NCBI RefSeq assembly: GCF_001447785.1
Contig: NW_015168690.1
Location: 332,669-396,668, forward strand
Length of the DNA stretch: 64,000 nucleotides
Origin: Gekko japonicus
Lineage: Eukaryota
Direction: 5' to 3'
Both the position numbers and the translations under genes were made by a program. Each line of letters starts with the position of its first letter. Position 1 is the first letter of the stretch. Under the pieces are notes generated by a model. That model was not told the DNA's origin. It made no database searches and saw only the letters and a list, made by a program, of their open reading frames with translations. Of the stretch, positions 11,201 to 23,200 are shown piece after piece.

Positions 11201-14200
11201 CAGTATTGCCAGCTGTACAAATAAATGTAATGTGGTGAATTGTAACTGTTCAGCATCAGAGGGTTTTCCTGAAAGGAACTGCAATTGAATGCAATTGAGA
11301 TACAGCACATCAATATAAAAATATGCAAAAAAAAATTAACTTGAACCACACAAATCAACAACTTCCAAAGAAAAGCTGCATTTTGCATGAAAATCTGGCA
11401 TATGAAATATTTTTACAGCATCATATAAATGTAAATGTGATTTTAAAAAATCAGAATTGATGGAATAAAGGGAAAGGTAAGTGGAGGAGGGAAAACACAG
11501 GGGTGCAGTTTCACCCAGAGGAGGGCATTGCTGGGTGGATCCAGATAAACTGAATGCAGCATTTCGCGCACTCAAAGAAGTGATTCAAAATTGGCTTCTT
11601 TTGGGTCCCCACCAAAAAGTGTAAGAAAAATGGGGAAACATCAGAATAAATTCTGGAGGCAGTCCAAAATGTGCAGAAATGACAAAAATGCTGAAGCAAT
11701 ACAGGGCCTGAACCAATGAAAACAACACATGCAGAAAAGGTCTGAAATTAAGATCTGCTACTAATTTCTATTAAAAAGTTTTTCAAACACAGCTGCCAGA
11801 GTTTCAGTGATGTTCAGTCAGATTATATGTATATTTACTTAGAAGTAAGTATAATTCTTATTAGATTGTGCATCGTATGTTACTTGTCAGTGATTGTACA
11901 TCACTTTGCACTGTATTGCCATACTTTTTGGATTTTGCTTTACAATATAACATACCCGGGATCTTCGTTACTGTATAATTCTTATCAGATTGTAGATTGT
12001 ATATTCTTTGTCAGTGATTGTATATCACTTTGTTTGCATTGTATTGCCATACTTTTTGGATTTTGCTGTACAGTATATATTTGAATTTTCTTAGTATAAT
12101 AGATTACAATATTGGTTTAGTGTCTCATTCCACAGCTTTTTTGTTCTCGTTTATGTTACTACTGGGAAGTCTCTTTTTTTGCCTACACTTTCTGAACAGA
12201 AATGGTCATGTACTGTGTCAGTCCTCTGTGTGCTTTCAAATAATTTTCAAGGTACTTATTTTTATTCTTGCAGGTTACAGACCTTCACAACTTAGGCTTT
12301 CATGCCTCAGAGTCTGTCTATAAATGTTTTGGTATTGTTTTTGACTTTTTATTGTTCACTATCCTGAATTTACACAAAAGGTTGGATAATCTCTTAAATA
12401 AATAAATTTGTTATTGTGTTCCTTCTTAAATTAAACCAGCCTGTTTGCCAGAATATGGAACCTCCCTTGCAGTCCACAACACACACCCATTTGCATTCAT
12501 TACCCCTTAAACTGCTTTCTATTTAACATTATTCAGTACTCAGACCATGGAAGATTCCTTACTTCAGCTTTCCTGATTTCTTTGGCAGTTAGCTTGTTGT
12601 TATGAAAAGACGTTTACAAATTTCAGTTCTGCTTGTGTATTTGTGTGCCCCTTCCAAAATTGCTTACACTCTGGGAACACTGATCTTCAAACACAGAGCA
12701 GCCTACTGAAGAAACCAAGTAAAGATAAAACATTTGGACCATCTGAGGGCTTGTGTCAGCCATGTGCCCCTCAGTCTTACAGCAGAGATGCAGATGGAAG
12801 AGGGGCATCTGGGACTGCTTTAAGAGCTGTGGCCTAGGAGATGATAAAGCCTTACCCACAGTGACTGCTGCCTTACTGAGCAAGCTAGACAACTACCTCT
12901 AGTGGCAGGAGGGGGGCTATGTATTCCACAGTTCCTAATGGGATAGCAGTATGCACAGCAGCACCAGGGTTTATTTATCTGTTTATAATATTTCAATGCT
13001 GCTGCTTCAGACTCCTGCTTGAGATGGCTTACAATTAAAATCATCACAGTACAAAAAAAAAGCCATTAAAAACAAGCCATTAGGCATAAGCACCATAAAA
13101 ACTGTCTATAAAACAGAAGCAGACCATTAAAAAACTGATAAGGTAAAACCCCTAATTAAAAGCCTGGGTTAAAAGGATATGTTTTAGCCCAGGGCCTAAA
13201 AAATAATAAAGTAGGCTCCAGGTGGGCCTAAAAAATAATAAAGTAGGCTCCAGGTGAGCCTCAAGGGCATGGGCATTCCAAAGGCAAGGTGCCACTATAG
13301 AAAATGCCCTATCTCAGGTCGCCACCCACCTCACCTCTGAGGGTGAGAGAGCAGGGCTTGAGAGGCAGGGACGGAGAAGGTCCTTCAGAGACCCTGGCCC
13401 CAAGCCATCTAGGGACTTAAAGGCAAGAAGCAGCACTTTGAACTGTGCCTGGAAACAGATGGATAGCCTGAGCAGATCTTTCAGCATAGGAGTGCCATGA
13501 TCGCTTGAGGCCAGGGGTGAGAGACCTTTGGTTAGTTTTGTCCCTGCCCTCAGTCCTCTAGCAACAGCATGAAGAGACACCGTTTGAACCCATCACAGCC
13601 CACTTATTATTGTTACTACTAGTACTAGTGGTGGTGGTGGTGGTAGTAACAGTACACTGTTGCCTACAGTTCTTTGCCAGTAACCACACACACGAATGCC
13701 TGCGCACATGTTATTTCATCGGTTATGTGCCCGTACTACCTTGTTGTTTTTCTTTTCCCCGTGTGTTTTGCTCCCTCTAGTGGTCACTTCGGTCTTTCCT
13801 AGCTATTTCTCAAGGTTTTTTACGGGCACTTTTAAAGGGGGAAAAAGCCAGAGGCAGTACTGGCACACAACCGCCAGAAACTACATGTGTGGGGAAAACC
13901 ACAGATACAAGGGAAATAGCTTGACTTTAATATAGCTATATAATTTTATCCTGGATGCAACATCTGCTCATACTCACCTGTCATAGAAAGATGACATTTT
14001 AGGACTATTAAAATCTTGCACATCAAAGAATTTCTGACTATCCGGGCAGAGACTAAAAGCCTAATGGAAAGCAAAACACTTATATAAGTTCTATATATAA
14101 AACACCTTTGCTGTATTTTAACACCTGTTCTTCATTCTAACGTTGATGTTAAAGAATCCATAGTCTGTTGCTGGCAAACTAGACTCCATTAGACTGAAAG

Positions 14201-17200
14201 CAGGAGGAAAGAAACAGGATAGAGGAAAAAGAAGGGCAAGGGGCTGTAAGAAGAACAGAAAATTAAGGTTTTTGCTTTAAATTCTGCCTTGTGTGGTCTT
14301 CCTGACTGCATCAAGATAAAAAAAATAGTCCATACTGTCAGCATTAGCCTTGCCAACCTCCAGGTGGGGCCTGGAGATCTCCTGGAATTACAACTGGTCT
14401 TCAGACTACAAAGGTCAGATCTCCTGGAGGAGATGGCGGCTTTGGAGGGTGGACTATGGCATTATACCCCTCTGAGGTCTCTCACTTTCCAAGCCCTGCC
14501 CTCCACAGGTTCCACCCCAAAATCTCCAGGAATCTCTAGGGTTGCCAACTCCAGGGTGGGAAAATCCTGTAGATCCCACAACATTCATTTCATCAACCAG
14601 TTCTTCCCTGTTAGTCAGGATTAAATCTAGGATAGCAGATCCTCTGGTTCCCACCTCCACCTTCTGAGAGATGAAGTTGTTTGCAAGACTATTCAAGAAT
14701 CTTCGGGATGCCCCATGCCTAGCAGAGTTAGATTTCCAGCAAATACCTGGATAGTTGAAATCTCCCATAACCACTACATCCTGTCTCTGTGAAAGTTTAG
14801 CAAGCTGTTGTACAAATGTATCATCCAGTTCCTCTGGTTGGTTCGGAGGTCTGTAGTATACCCCCACAACAATATCCCCTTCTCCCCCCCCCATCCTTAC
14901 CCACACACTTTCAACAGGGCAACTCTCAAAATCCTGAATTTCAGTGCAAGAGTATTCATTCTTGACATATAGTGCCACCCCACCTCCTTTTTTGTATATT
15001 CTGTTTCAGTACAATAAAGGAAGCAGTAATGATTTACAAAAATAATACAAACATTTCATAGGCTGACTTATTTATATTTTTCCAATAATTGTTTGAGATA
15101 CAACCAAACTAAGGACATGGAGATACAACCAAACTAAGGATATGTTTAAGTATTGTCTTGATAACAAGGATGTTTGAAGTGGCTATCATAAGCCATAAAC
15201 TTGGGAGTCATTGCTGATTATTTAATTTTCATCACATTGGAAAAGTATCCAACAAAGTGTACCAAGCTGGATAATAAGCCTGTCATGAGGTTACCATTAT
15301 TATCATATCTCATCTGAAACAAAATCTGTGCATTTGCCGTCCCTATGAATATGTGATATATAACATGACAGCAATGGAACTGATTCCTCATCATTCTCTT
15401 AATTGCAAATAAATTATATGATATAATGCAAGCCATTAGAAAGGCTTGCAAGGGCATGGGCCTCATGACCAGACAAACCATAGTTTGTTCATAAATCTAA
15501 CAAGTGTGTGGGAAAGTTCTATTGGCTATTACTCTGATGCTACCCTTACTATACCAGAAGTGCTCTCAAATGATAATCTGTATTCTTGGTTAATAAGATT
15601 CAAAATACGTTAGTGTGCAACAGGTGCTCTTAGCCCTATCCCACATCCCACTAAGTTGTAACTTAGTGACCTCACTGGTTAGATAAATTAGATGGTTTTA
15701 CTGCTGCACAATGCTTGTTCTCCTAAGACATTTACATTTTAGTTGAGGGCAACAATGGGAGGTTAAGACTGGTACCCCCCCTTTCTTTCCTATGGCCCCC
15801 ACGTACCCTGCCCTGCCCTGCCCTGCGGGACAGCAGTGTGACTGGCAAAGGGGGATTATTATATTACTATCTTGGACTGGTTTTAAATTACTGATTTACT
15901 GTTGGCAAGTTTAATTATATATTGATTGTATTTTAAATGTTTTATAAGGCTGTATATCACCCAGAGCATGCTTGCAGGGTGGGCGATTCATAAGTTTAAT
16001 AAAATAAATAAATTAAATAGTAAACACAGCTTTCAAGTCCTGTTCTTTATCCGTTGGCATGAGTGGAATGCAGACTTGAGCATTAGCAATTCTATGAATA
16101 AACCAAAGGCTTTAAATTAATAAAGGCTAGATAAAAAAGGATGTCATAAAACTACATGGGGCTAAATCAGATCTATAATAAACAATCATACTAACAAGGT
16201 CTGTGCCTACCTCCATCAAGACCAGCCCCTTGCTGAGCTTCAGCTGAAAACCCATCATGTATACAATTATGAGATAAGCAAATTAAACGATAGATCTTTC
16301 AGAGCATCATTTACCTTTCTGTGGTCTTTATTGTGCATAGAAGTCACAGCCCCAAGAGAGTTTATAATAGCTCCCCTTAAGATCAAAGTGCAAATATGTG
16401 ATGAATGCAGCCTCAAACTATTGTTTAAATCAGTAAGGGCTCTTCTCTTTTCTTTTGCTGAACCCCAAACAAGAGCTCTGATACAGTACACATCCTGCAA
16501 AAAAGTAAAGCACAGTTAGTAAGTTCAATTTTCTCTAAATGAAAAACAACTGTGGTTTAAATCACCTTTTTTAGTGCAAAATACCCTTTCCTGAGAGCAC
16601 TTTGCAAGGGTCCACTGGCTGATGTTACCCTTTGTGGTTTGAACCTCCATAGAAAAGCAGAACTAAAAAAACCAGGAATTGAAAACTGGAACATGTGTAC
16701 AGTTAAATACTACTCATTAAAAACCTACCTTATACTTATCTTGTTAAGTCTGTGAGCCCTCTTGGAATTTAGAGAACTAAGAATGTAAGATACTACAAAA
16801 TGGCTGCCGTGGGCTGCTGGGACAAGTCACAAAATATTAGGAAGTTGCAAGTAAACATCTTCCTATGATGGAGGCAACTGATTCTGAATGGGTGCTCCTT
16901 GGTTCTTTTGAAGCACCTTCTGCCCCCATGATGTGAAGGAAAGCCAAGATTGGCTCCTGGCTTTGGGGCATAAATGCTTTGTCAAAAAAGCATGTGAGAA
17001 CCAGGAAACACATTAGCAGGTACCACTGAACTCACAGGCACAATGGGCCACCATATTGTCCTACACTCCCCCCTAGATCCAGTTCCCCAACCCTAAGGAG
17101 CAGCTCTTCAAGAACTACAGTAGAGAAAGGAAAGCAAGGAAGATTATTTCTGTGAGTGGATCTCCATTCATAGTTCTTTGGTACTATCCCCATATGGTAA

Positions 17201-20200
17201 AGCACATACATTATGACCTATCTAGTTAGATCACAAAGCATTACTACTCACAGGATTTGAAGGGTCTAACTCCACGGCTTTATTAGCATCAGTTATTGCT
17301 TCTTTAATCTTGTCTAGAAACAATTCAGGAAAGAGCACAATTACAAAGTATTTGATTATTAGCTACATGTAGAACTGAAATATAAAAACACAAAACATAG
17401 CAAACTTTAAAAATACAGAAGTCCCTTCAGCTGCCACAGAGCACTCAGTCAATGTATAAATTTTCCTTAATGCAATACTAAAATAGCATGATGGCAATTT
17501 TATCATTCTAGTAGCTCTATGGCTACAAAATTATTTTTTCTTGTTAAACCTGTAACCAACAATGCCTTGTAGGCCAGCAATGTCTAGGGAGCTCAGACAA
17601 AATTCAAGCACAATTGGGGGGGGGGGCTTTACTGAGTCAACATTCAAAAGCTGAACAGAGGACATAAAACAACCATGGACAGATAAAAAATGGTAAGATC
17701 TTTAAAAATCTATGCCATAATATATCAATTAAAAAGACATGTTCACTGTCCTGAGCCTTAGTTCACCATCAGTAATAATCGCTGTCCATTTAATTGTAAA
17801 TGTGCCTGTGTATTATTCATCCATAATATTCTTGTTCTAGGAATCATTCAGATTAAGATTTATTCAGTCTATGACCAGTACAAATCAAAAGATCAAAGTA
17901 AAGAATAGAAAAGGTCAATCCTGCTAACACAACAGTTGGAATTTACTGAAATTTAAAATCTGTACATCAAATTTCCTGACACATTTTACAAGCTGCTGAA
18001 AAAAATTTTTCACAACTAATAGTAGTCTGTTGATTAACACCCAATAAAAGCTTCTTTGAAATATCAACATCAGAACATCTTGAAAATCTTTTAAGCAATG
18101 GGGAGATTATATTTGAGCTAATTTCCTGATAAAAACAGCAATAAAACAAAATATGCTCAACTGATTCCACCTCTTCAGTACCACAGGGACACATTCTCTC
18201 CTTCATGGGGATCTTTTTGCATCTCCCCTCCAAAACCGAAGAGGGGAGAGTTCACCATCTTGCCAATGTAAAAGCTCTCCATTGGCTAGGTACCTCCAAA
18301 AAGGAGAGATAGGATACTGGAGCATCAATATAATCTACGTTTATTTGAAATAATAAAATTTGGGATTTTGTTATTGTCTATTTGTCACTCTATATCAAAC
18401 AATCTTTGTTTAACCATTGCTTTTGCTTGATCATAACCCCTTTTCCAGAACATTTTCTAAAGAAAATCCTGCAATTTGCAATGTTCTTCACCCAGGAAGA
18501 TTGGTAATGGAGAGCTAAGGGTGTCAGGCCCTTTGGATGATAAGCTAAATTTAGCCAAAAATTGATAGAGGCATAGGGCTGCCAAGTGGGGGCGGGTAAA
18601 CCCCCGCTTTGGAGGCCCGATTTCCGCCACCACGGAATCAGGCCCCGGGGGAACTCCACCCCCCCCGAAGCGCAGCGTGGCTGCATCACCAGCGGTGATG
18701 CAACCACGGCGATCACGTTGGGGGCATGGCCCCGATCGTCAGAGGGAAAACTCTATGGTTTTCCCTCCGATGATCGGGGCCACGCCCTCAACGTGATCGG
18801 CGTTGTGCGTAACTTCTGGTGACGTGCTGGCGGCGCGCGTGTGCACGACGAGGGACAGCTTCCGGAGCGCGGCGAGGCTCCCCCGCTGGTGAGTAAAATT
18901 CACTTGGCAACCCTATAGAGGCAAGACTTACCCTAGCCTCCACCTTAACCAAACCAGAATCAAGATATTAGCTAGCATTGGAAACACAACTGGGTACTTG
19001 GAATAATGTTCCCAGGAATCTTGATTGTTCTAAAGGGATGAAACAAGAGGAGGGAGGTCCAAGTATTGTCTCATACATTAGTTGGGGCAATGTTTTTGGC
19101 TGGAATAGTCAGAGGGCTGCTGATATTAAGAGACCTCCTTTGGTACATGCAAATTTTAAAATACTCTGAGTGGATTGTTGGCCTATTGCTATGACATATT
19201 TATGATGAGCAGTTCTGGTCCCAAATGAATGAATCATCACCCCTAAGTACTTGAAATACAGTACTTGTTCCAACTTATAGCCATTGATGTTCCAAGACCT
19301 TTTTTTCCGACTTTTGCTGAAGGATATGATTTTAGTTTTCTGATAACTAATCTCTAATCGGCTCTCTTTGAAATAACACTTAAATTCCTTAAGCACTCTT
19401 TTCAAACCCACTGGGGTTCTAGAGAGTAGTACCATATCATTGGCAAATAGCAACGCCGGGATTTTCCTGTTTACTAAAATAGGGGAGTGGATATCAATGT
19501 TACCTTTGTTACTTGCCAAATTATTAACATATAGGTTAAACAACACTGGTGCCAGGATGAAGCCTTGTTTTACTCCTTTTGCTGCTATTACTGAATTAGA
19601 AAGGTGTCCAGCCCTGTTGCATCTAACTTTGAGGGATGTATTCGAATATATGGCTCATATTATATATAAGAGTCTACGATCTATATTCATGGCTTTAAGT
19701 TTCTCCCATAGCAATCCCCTAAATATAAAGTCGAAGGCAGATCTCAGGTCAAAAAAGGCAGCATATAATCTACTAGTCAAAATTTCTCAGATGTTGCATA
19801 ATTAGACAATGACCCAAAGTAGATTTGCCCTCCCTAAAGCTTGCTTGTTCTATAACAAAGATATCTTCTTGTTCAATCCAGCATTTAAGTCTATCTAGCA
19901 ATTGACTAGCACTGGGGGCGGATCAGGCCCCTGGAAGGCTTCTATCAGGCCCACAGTGGAACTGGCTGTCTCCTGCTTCTTCTTCCACTTCTGCTGCTGC
20001 TGCGCCATCGTAGGTTTGCAGCTTACAGATACACACCTGAACAGCATACTGAAGACTGCAAGAGCACAGACATTTTGATGCAATATTTCAGAGCAAGAGG
20101 TATCAGTTATCAGACACTGTTAAATAAAATATTGCAAGAGTACTAATGTTCTAAGCATGCTATTATTTTAAGTAAAAAAAAGACCCTTTGTGTTTGTGTC

Positions 20201-23200
20201 CTTTATAAAGTTTATATCTCCGCTACCTGGCATTACATTTTATGACACACATGGCCCGGCCCAACAAGGTCTTATTTATGTCAGATTTGGCCCTCATAAC
20301 AAATGGGTTTGACACCCCTGGACTAGCATATGGTTTACTTATAATGCTGAGCAAGCTAATAGGTCTATAATTGGCTGGATGATCAATGGACATATGCAAA
20401 TGTGAGGCAGAGCACCCTAATTACACCCAAGGGTTATCATGAATAATAGTAGGTGTGCTCTGGCTTGCAGGTGTTCATAATTAGGCCTCCTCATAGACAC
20501 TATTCTTTTAAGGCTGGATTCAAGAATGTGTAAATTGGCTTAGTCTGGAAACCTGCACTCAGTTCAGTAACCAGATGGGAGGGGGGAACCAGGAGCTAAT
20601 GTCACCATCTTCTAGAGGGTTCCAGTAAGAAGCGACCTGATTGGATTCAAAGGACCACCTGACAGCAGAGACAAGAGACTATAATTAAGCCTTAGACAAG
20701 AAGGAAGCCAAGCTAACTTTATTATGCCATGAGACAGTGGCTCTGACAATGATAAGCTTCATTGCAATGGATTGCTATGTAGAAGATGCGTAAGCTTCTG
20801 GCCTGGACTCTGATATTCTGAATGGTGTTAGCTAGAAAGGGTTAGATAGAAAAGTTAGCCTTTGTTATTATTTTTTGCTAGTGAATTCTAGAGACTGTGT
20901 TGCCTACTGATAATCCTTTAAAAAATCATTCAATAAACTTATATGTATATTTTTTCAAAGGTTTGGTTTTTTGTTTGTGTGCACTTAACCTCAGGGACCC
21001 ACAAATCTGAGCACTGCTTGTTTGCCCAAGAGGCAGTGACTCAGAGGGACCCAGGCTTGGGTTCCTGACAGAAAACATGCCTGTGTTACATATTTTCATG
21101 TCATCCGTTTCAGTGCAAACTCAAGGTAACAGCGCTAGTTTGACCAAGTCCGTTGGGACATTTGAAACAGGCAAAAAATATGTTAAAGTTGCCAGTTTAC
21201 ACTGAAACTGCTCAAGAAACAACCTATAAATTGAATGCCCAGATAGACACAGAAAGGGGTTTCCATTCATCATAGTCTGTTCAACCGGTGGGACTGGGAA
21301 AATGTTCTACTGTTTATCTATTTATTTACTTCATTTTTCATTCACCTCTTTCTCATCGAGACTGCCAAGGCAGATCACAGAATTATAACAAAATAAAATG
21401 AAGACCAGCATCATACATAAACAATGCAATACTACTGAGTTACACAATTAAAGAACAACATATTAGAAGTATAATACATCCAAGAAACTGGATTTCAGAA
21501 TCAGAGAACAGTGAAAAAAGGACAGTAAAATAATCCATTGAAGAATGCAGTATGAAGGAAGAGGAAGGGGGGGGGAAACTGCCTAAAATATTCACTGTCA
21601 AACAAAATTACAATTATATTGCTTCTATAAAAGTGCCCTCCTGCACAGTTCCATTTTATCACATGGAATTGGCTTTGCAGACCTGCACACATTCATTTTT
21701 ATCTAATCAGGCAAGAGCATTTTCTTCCTGTACAAGTAGGTGAGGAATCAAGCGATTAACTTAAGAGTGTACACACACTGCTATTATCTTGCATCTTAAT
21801 CTAGTGGTTATGATAAAATAAAAATTTACCATGGAGGGGAGTTGTGTGTGTTTTTAAATTATTATTATTTTTAAGTAAAGTGCCTATAAAGATGTGGACA
21901 CTAGATTCAGTACTTCCTTAGCAAATATAGTGCCTGTCTTTAAAGGAAATTCATTCTCTTTTTTCATTGGACAAGAGGGATCACTTCACTTCCTATGTCT
22001 TTTTCAGTCTGAAAAGCACTAACGAAAGTCACTAATGTAATTAACACCGAACTGAGAAAGAATGTGTCTAACTGTGGGTCAAACGTGGCAACTCATCCCA
22101 AAAGCACCATAAAATATTGGTGTATTCTCACGTGATTTTAGCCATGGATTGACTTGAAGAAGCTTTCCTGTGACAAAGGATCACAACACACAGCATCCCC
22201 TAATGTTTCCAGCTATTTCATAATAATGCCAATGCTTAATATTTAAATGTTCTTTTTTGCATTCCTAGACCACTATATGTAATGAATTTAGCTACAGAAG
22301 CCACTTAACTTACCACATTTCACATAAGCATAAGCTCTCCTTGCAAGCACAGGTGTATGAAAGAAAGATCTGGAAACACAGCCAACTTGACAGGCATACT
22401 GGAGAGAAGAGGATACCATTGTGAACTGCAGTGCTGTGATAGTTAATTCAGCTTTACAGTACACTTCACCCAGTTATGCCATCTGAACACTACCATTGTG
22501 AATATAATGGAGTTCTTGAGCCATTCACATTAGCTTCATTGCTCTTTTATTTATTTCAAACTACTGGTCTTATTTACCTCAGCAGGGTTCTATAAGATTA
22601 CTCCCCAGACTGTTCAAAGCCCTATGGGGATGATTAATGTCATCATTCCAGTGTAATGTTTCCCATAATTGTACTGAGTTTTAAAAACATTAGGACCCAA
22701 GGGGCTAGACAAGGAACTATAACATTAGCAGCGAGCTCATATAAATCAATTTACTCCCTTGCAGAGAAGAAAGAACGAAGAAGGAATTTAATGAGATTGT
22801 GCAGGGACTACAAAGGCACTACACACTCATCATAACCAACACTTAATCTGAAGCACAAATTTATCATAGAAATAAATTTTGAAAACAAAAGAGGGCACCA
22901 ATTGATTTTTCCATAACTTTATGCAAACAAAGAGGGAGTGACTTTTGAGATACTGTTAAGTATTTGAGGTATTTACATTTCAATCTCCTCATAAATTTTA
23001 TTGTTGCTTTAACTGCTTTTTACTGTTTTTATTTTTCTTGAATTTATGAAGCTATTATTTTCCCTTAACATAAAATCCATCTGCAAAGATCATTTAAAAA
23101 TGCAAACATAGCGTTTCCTGTGACCTTGCACAACATTTACGTCAGCTTTAGATTTTTTTAGAGAGAGAGTGTGTGTACGCAGGAACACCAGTAATCATTT

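Larger units (their letters stand above)
7665..11742 (+). mobile_element. Decayed PIF/Harbinger transposon (transposase plus convergent Myb/SANT-like gene)
   Basis: Imperfect TIRs GGCCCTTCCTGCATG / CATGCAGAAAAGGTC; HARBI1-like motifs on plus strand; spliced degenerate ORF on minus strand. Confidence 0.75.

Noticed and set aside
10811-11308. Two minus-strand ORFs joined by a single in-frame TGA (possible selenoprotein or extra TPR-gene exon)
   Set aside because: Lies inside the Harbinger TIRs, the recognisable motif switches frames, no SECIS is evident, and the TPR gene splices cleanly from exon 7 to exon 8 without it
14125-14193. 69-nt exon-like segment with a good acceptor upstream of exon 7
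   Set aside because: Stop (TAG) in the required phase 0, weak donor (gtgtta) and only a 64-nt following intron; at most a poison exon
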